From Candidatus Limnocylindrales bacterium (GTDB lineage Bacteria > Chloroflexota > Limnocylindria > Limnocylindrales > CSP1-4), in the NCBI GenBank assembly GCA_038319665.1, contig JBBQDL010000006.1:2967-66966 (forward strand): DNA of 64,000 nt, read 5' to 3'. The position numbers were made by a program, and so were the translations under genes. Below the pieces are notes generated by a model, which searched no databases, was not told the origin of the DNA, and saw only the letters and a program-made list of their open reading frames with translations. This document shows, one piece after another, positions 61,340 to 64,000 of the stretch. Position 1 is the first letter of the stretch. The number at the start of each line of letters is the position of its first letter.

Positions 61340-61723
61340 TCAACCGAGCCTGGCGATGACCTCGATCTCGACCCGCGCGCCTTTGGGCAGGGCCGCCACG
61401 CCGACCGTCGAGCGTGCCGGCGGCGGGTCGCCGACGAACCGGCCGTAGATCGCGTTCACCGTCGCGAAGTCGCCCATGTCGATCAGGAAGATCGTCGTCT
61501 TGACCACGTCGGCCCAAGTGCAACCGGCCGCATCGAGGACCGCGGTCAGGTTGGACATCACCCGTTCGGTCTCGGGCTCGATACCGCCCTCGACGAGGGC
61601 GGCGGTCGCCGGGTCCAGGGCGGCCTGGCCGGCACTGAACAGGAAGCCGTCGGCGACGATGCCCTGGCTATACGGGCCGATCGCCGCGGGCGCACCCGCG
61701 GTCGAGATGGCGCGGCGGGTCAT
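61340..61723 (-). CDS. ridA: RidA family reactive intermediate deaminase
   Basis: APAAIGPYSQ, PPARS, LPKGARVEIE. Confidence 0.92.
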   Translation of the reverse strand: MTRRAISTAGAPAAIGPYSQGIVADGFLFSAGQAALDPATAALVEGGIEPETERVMSNLTAVLDAAGCTWADVVKTTIFLIDMGDFATVNAIYGRFVGDPPPARSTVGVAALPKGARVEIEVIARLG

Positions 61724-62715
61724 GGTTCCCTCCCCTGCTGGCTGGCTCCAAGGATGGTGCTGGCGGTCACGAATGGTTCGCCCGACCCGGGCGCGGCCAT
61801 CGAGCCGTCTCGCAGGGCGGCACGGACGACGTCGGCGGCGAGCGCGGCCTCCGACGCTGAATCATAGAGGGCCCACAGCGTCGGGCCCGAGCCCGACAGG
61901 CCGATCGGTCGCTTGAGCAACCGGCTCAGGGCGCGCTTGAACGGGACGAGGGCCGGGACGACCAGCGAGGTGGCCGGTAGCAGGTCGTTGGCCGAGGCGA
62001 GCACCCCCGCCCGGGCCACCAAGTTCGCCGCGGTCAACCCGTTGCGCAACTCCTCGGCGAGATGGGCCGACGAGAGCCGGACGGCGCCGTCCCCGTGCGT
62101 CCGGATGGCATCGAACGCTGCGAAGACGTCGGGCGTCGGGACGGCGACGACCGGCGTGACGAGCACGACGCCCGGGGTGCCGCGGAGCCCGCCGAGCGGG
62201 GCGACCTGCTCGCCGCGGCCCTCCACGAGGGCCGGGCCGGCGGCCAGGAAGAACGGCACGTCCGAACCGAGGCGAGCTGCCACGGCGAGCCGCGCATGAT
62301 AGTCCAGCTCCGCGCCCCAGGCTTCCAGGGCGCCGTCCACGGTCGCCGCGGCGTCGGAGGAGCCACCCGCCAGCCCGGCCGCGACCGGGATCCGCTTCTC
62401 GAGCCGAGCGGCAAGTGCCGGGGCGGGTCCGGGGCCACCCGGCCAGCCGCCACCGACGGCCGCGCGAGCGGCCGCCAGGGCCCGGAGGACAAGATTGGCG
62501 GCGGGCGGTCCGGCGTCGAGACCCGTCACGTGCAGGGTGTCGCGATCGCCGCCCGTCGGGGCCAGGCTGAGCCGATCGGCAAGGGAGAGCGGGACGAAGA
62601 CCGAGTGCAGGGTGTGGTAGCCATCGTCGCGGCGCCCGACGACGGCCAGGGTCAGGTTGAGCTTCGCGGGAGCGAGCCGAACGACCGGGGAGAGCCGGCG
62701 GAGCGGGTCGGTCAT
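61720..62715 (-). CDS. ispE: 4-diphosphocytidyl-2-C-methyl-D-erythritol kinase
   Basis: APAKLNLTL, DGYH, KRIPVAAGLAGGSSDAA, GSDVPF, SGSGPT. Confidence 0.94.
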   Translation of the reverse strand: MTDPLRRLSPVVRLAPAKLNLTLAVVGRRDDGYHTLHSVFVPLSLADRLSLAPTGGDRDTLHVTGLDAGPPAANLVLRALAAARAAVGGGWPGGPGPAPALAARLEKRIPVAAGLAGGSSDAAATVDGALEAWGAELDYHARLAVAARLGSDVPFFLAAGPALVEGRGEQVAPLGGLRGTPGVVLVTPVVAVPTPDVFAAFDAIRTHGDGAVRLSSAHLAEELRNGLTAANLVARAGVLASANDLLPATSLVVPALVPFKRALSRLLKRPIGLSGSGPTLWALYDSASEAALAADVVRAALRDGSMAAPGSGEPFVTASTILGASQQGREP

Positions 62716-63635
62716 CGGGGACCCTCGGTCCCGGTCTCGGCGTCGGCTTCTGCCGGGGCCACACGACGCCCGCGACCGTCGGGACCGATCGGCCCGAGCA
62801 CCTCGTGCAACGCCAGCCATTCCCCGACCGCCAGGGTCTGCGGTCGCCGGTCCGGCGCGATGCCCGCGGTGGCGAGGGCGCCCGTCACGCGTCCGGCATC
62901 GAGCGGAAGCTGGCGCGACAGGACGTTGTGGATCATCTTCCGACGCTCGCGGAAGGCGGCCTGCACGAGCCGCCACAGCTCGTCCTCTGTCGCCGGGTCG
63001 AGGCGATCGTCGGCGGCGTAGGGCTCGACGACGATGACGGCGGATTCCACGGCGGGCTCGGGTTCGAAGGCGGCGGCCGGGACCGTGAAGGCGATCCGGA
63101 CACGGGCGTGGTACTGGACGAAGACTGAGAGGTAGCTCATCCTCCCGGGCGGCGCCGCGATCCGTTCGGCGACCTCCAGCTGGACCATCAGGACGAGGCG
63201 CTCCGGCCTGGGCGGCGCGCCGAGGAGCGCGTGCAGGATCGGGCTGGTGATGTGGTACGGCAGGTTCGCCACGACGTCGTACGGCGGCGGGATGAGATGG
63301 ACCATATCCAGGTCGAGCGCGTCGCCCTCGATGATCCGCAGTGTCTCGACGCCATCGAACCGCTCGCGCAGAAACGCCGCGAGCCCACGATCGAGCTCGA
63401 CCGCCGTGACGTCGGCCCCGCCGGCCAGAAGGCCGGCGGTCAGCAGGCCAAGGCCCGGACCGATCTCGAGGACCCGCCGGCCAGGCCCCGGGTCAGCCTC
63501 GGCGAGGATCGCCTCGAGGACGTCGGGGTCGGCGAGGAAGTTCTGCGAGAGGCTGTGGCGCGCGCGCAGGCCGGCCGACCGGAGGGTGGCCCGGATCGCC
63601 TCGGGATCGATACGCGGCGCGGCGGGCGTGTTCAC
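62712..63635 (-). CDS. rsmA: 16S rRNA dimethyladenosine transferase
   Basis: SQNFL, EIGPGLG, ANLPYHIT, MVQLEVAERI, RRKMI. Confidence 0.95.
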   Translation of the reverse strand: MNTPAAPRIDPEAIRATLRSAGLRARHSLSQNFLADPDVLEAILAEADPGPGRRVLEIGPGLGLLTAGLLAGGADVTAVELDRGLAAFLRERFDGVETLRIIEGDALDLDMVHLIPPPYDVVANLPYHITSPILHALLGAPPRPERLVLMVQLEVAERIAAPPGRMSYLSVFVQYHARVRIAFTVPAAAFEPEPAVESAVIVVEPYAADDRLDPATEDELWRLVQAAFRERRKMIHNVLSRQLPLDAGRVTGALATAGIAPDRRPQTLAVGEWLALHEVLGPIGPDGRGRRVAPAEADAETGTEGPR

Positions 63636-63657
63636 CGGGGCAACCGGCAGGTCCGGT

Positions 63658-64000
63658 TCACCGCGCGGCCAGTGGCAGTGACGGTCGCGCATCCAGGTCG
63701 AGCCCGGCGCGCTCGCCGGCCGAGAAGCGACGCGCGCCCGCAGCCCCGATCATCGCCCCGTTGTCCGTGCACAGGGCGGGTCGCGGCACGACGAGCGGCA
63801 GGTCGAGCGCCTCCGCCTCGCCGGCCAGCCGGGCCCGGAGCGCGCTGTTGGCCGCTACCCCACCGCCCATCACGATCGAGCGCGCACCGACGGCAGTCGC
63901 CGCGCGGATGGTCTTCGTGGTCAGGACGTCGACGACCGCGTCCTGGAACCCCCACGCCAGCTCGGCGACCACGTCGTCGGGGAGCGGTGCGTCCGGCCGG
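63658..64000 (-). CDS. tsaD: tRNA threonylcarbamoyltransferase, C-terminal part
   Basis: FQDAVVDVL, GGGVAANSALR, CTDNGAMI; start lies beyond the window. Confidence 0.93.
   Translation of the reverse strand, partial: RPDAPLPDDVVAELAWGFQDAVVDVLTTKTIRAATAVGARSIVMGGGVAANSALRARLAGEAEALDLPLVVPRPALCTDNGAMIGAAGARRFSAGERAGLDLDARPSLPLAAR

Overview
High-GC bacterial chromosome segment, densely coded and mostly housekeeping. Gene content and protein style suggest Chloroflexota, possibly Limnocylindria-like (inference only). Core genes seen: acyl-CoA carboxylase subunits, parAB, tRNA-Asn, dnaG-rpoD, glpK, malic enzyme, ppdK, fpr, glyQS, recO, a polyprenyl synthase and tsaD-rsmA-ispE-ridA-glmU. No CRISPR array, transposase, integrase or prophage gene was found. 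Best leads: (1) a probable non-canonical ParABS system, with three copies of the palindrome GTCTTTGCGCAAAGAC around parAB, a ParB whose recognition residues match neither ParB nor Noc, and DnaA boxes upstream of parA; (2) a dispersed family of 110-150 nt intergenic hairpins (26.7 kb and twice at 58.1-58.4 kb) with shared arms; (3) a DUF1326-DUF2182-TetR-NTF2-hydrolase-glycosyltransferase cluster with a tandem operator; (4) widespread leaderless-type genes and two apparent non-canonical coupled starts. Several genes look frameshifted or truncated, which may be decay or sequencing error. All product calls come from motif recognition by eye, not database searches.
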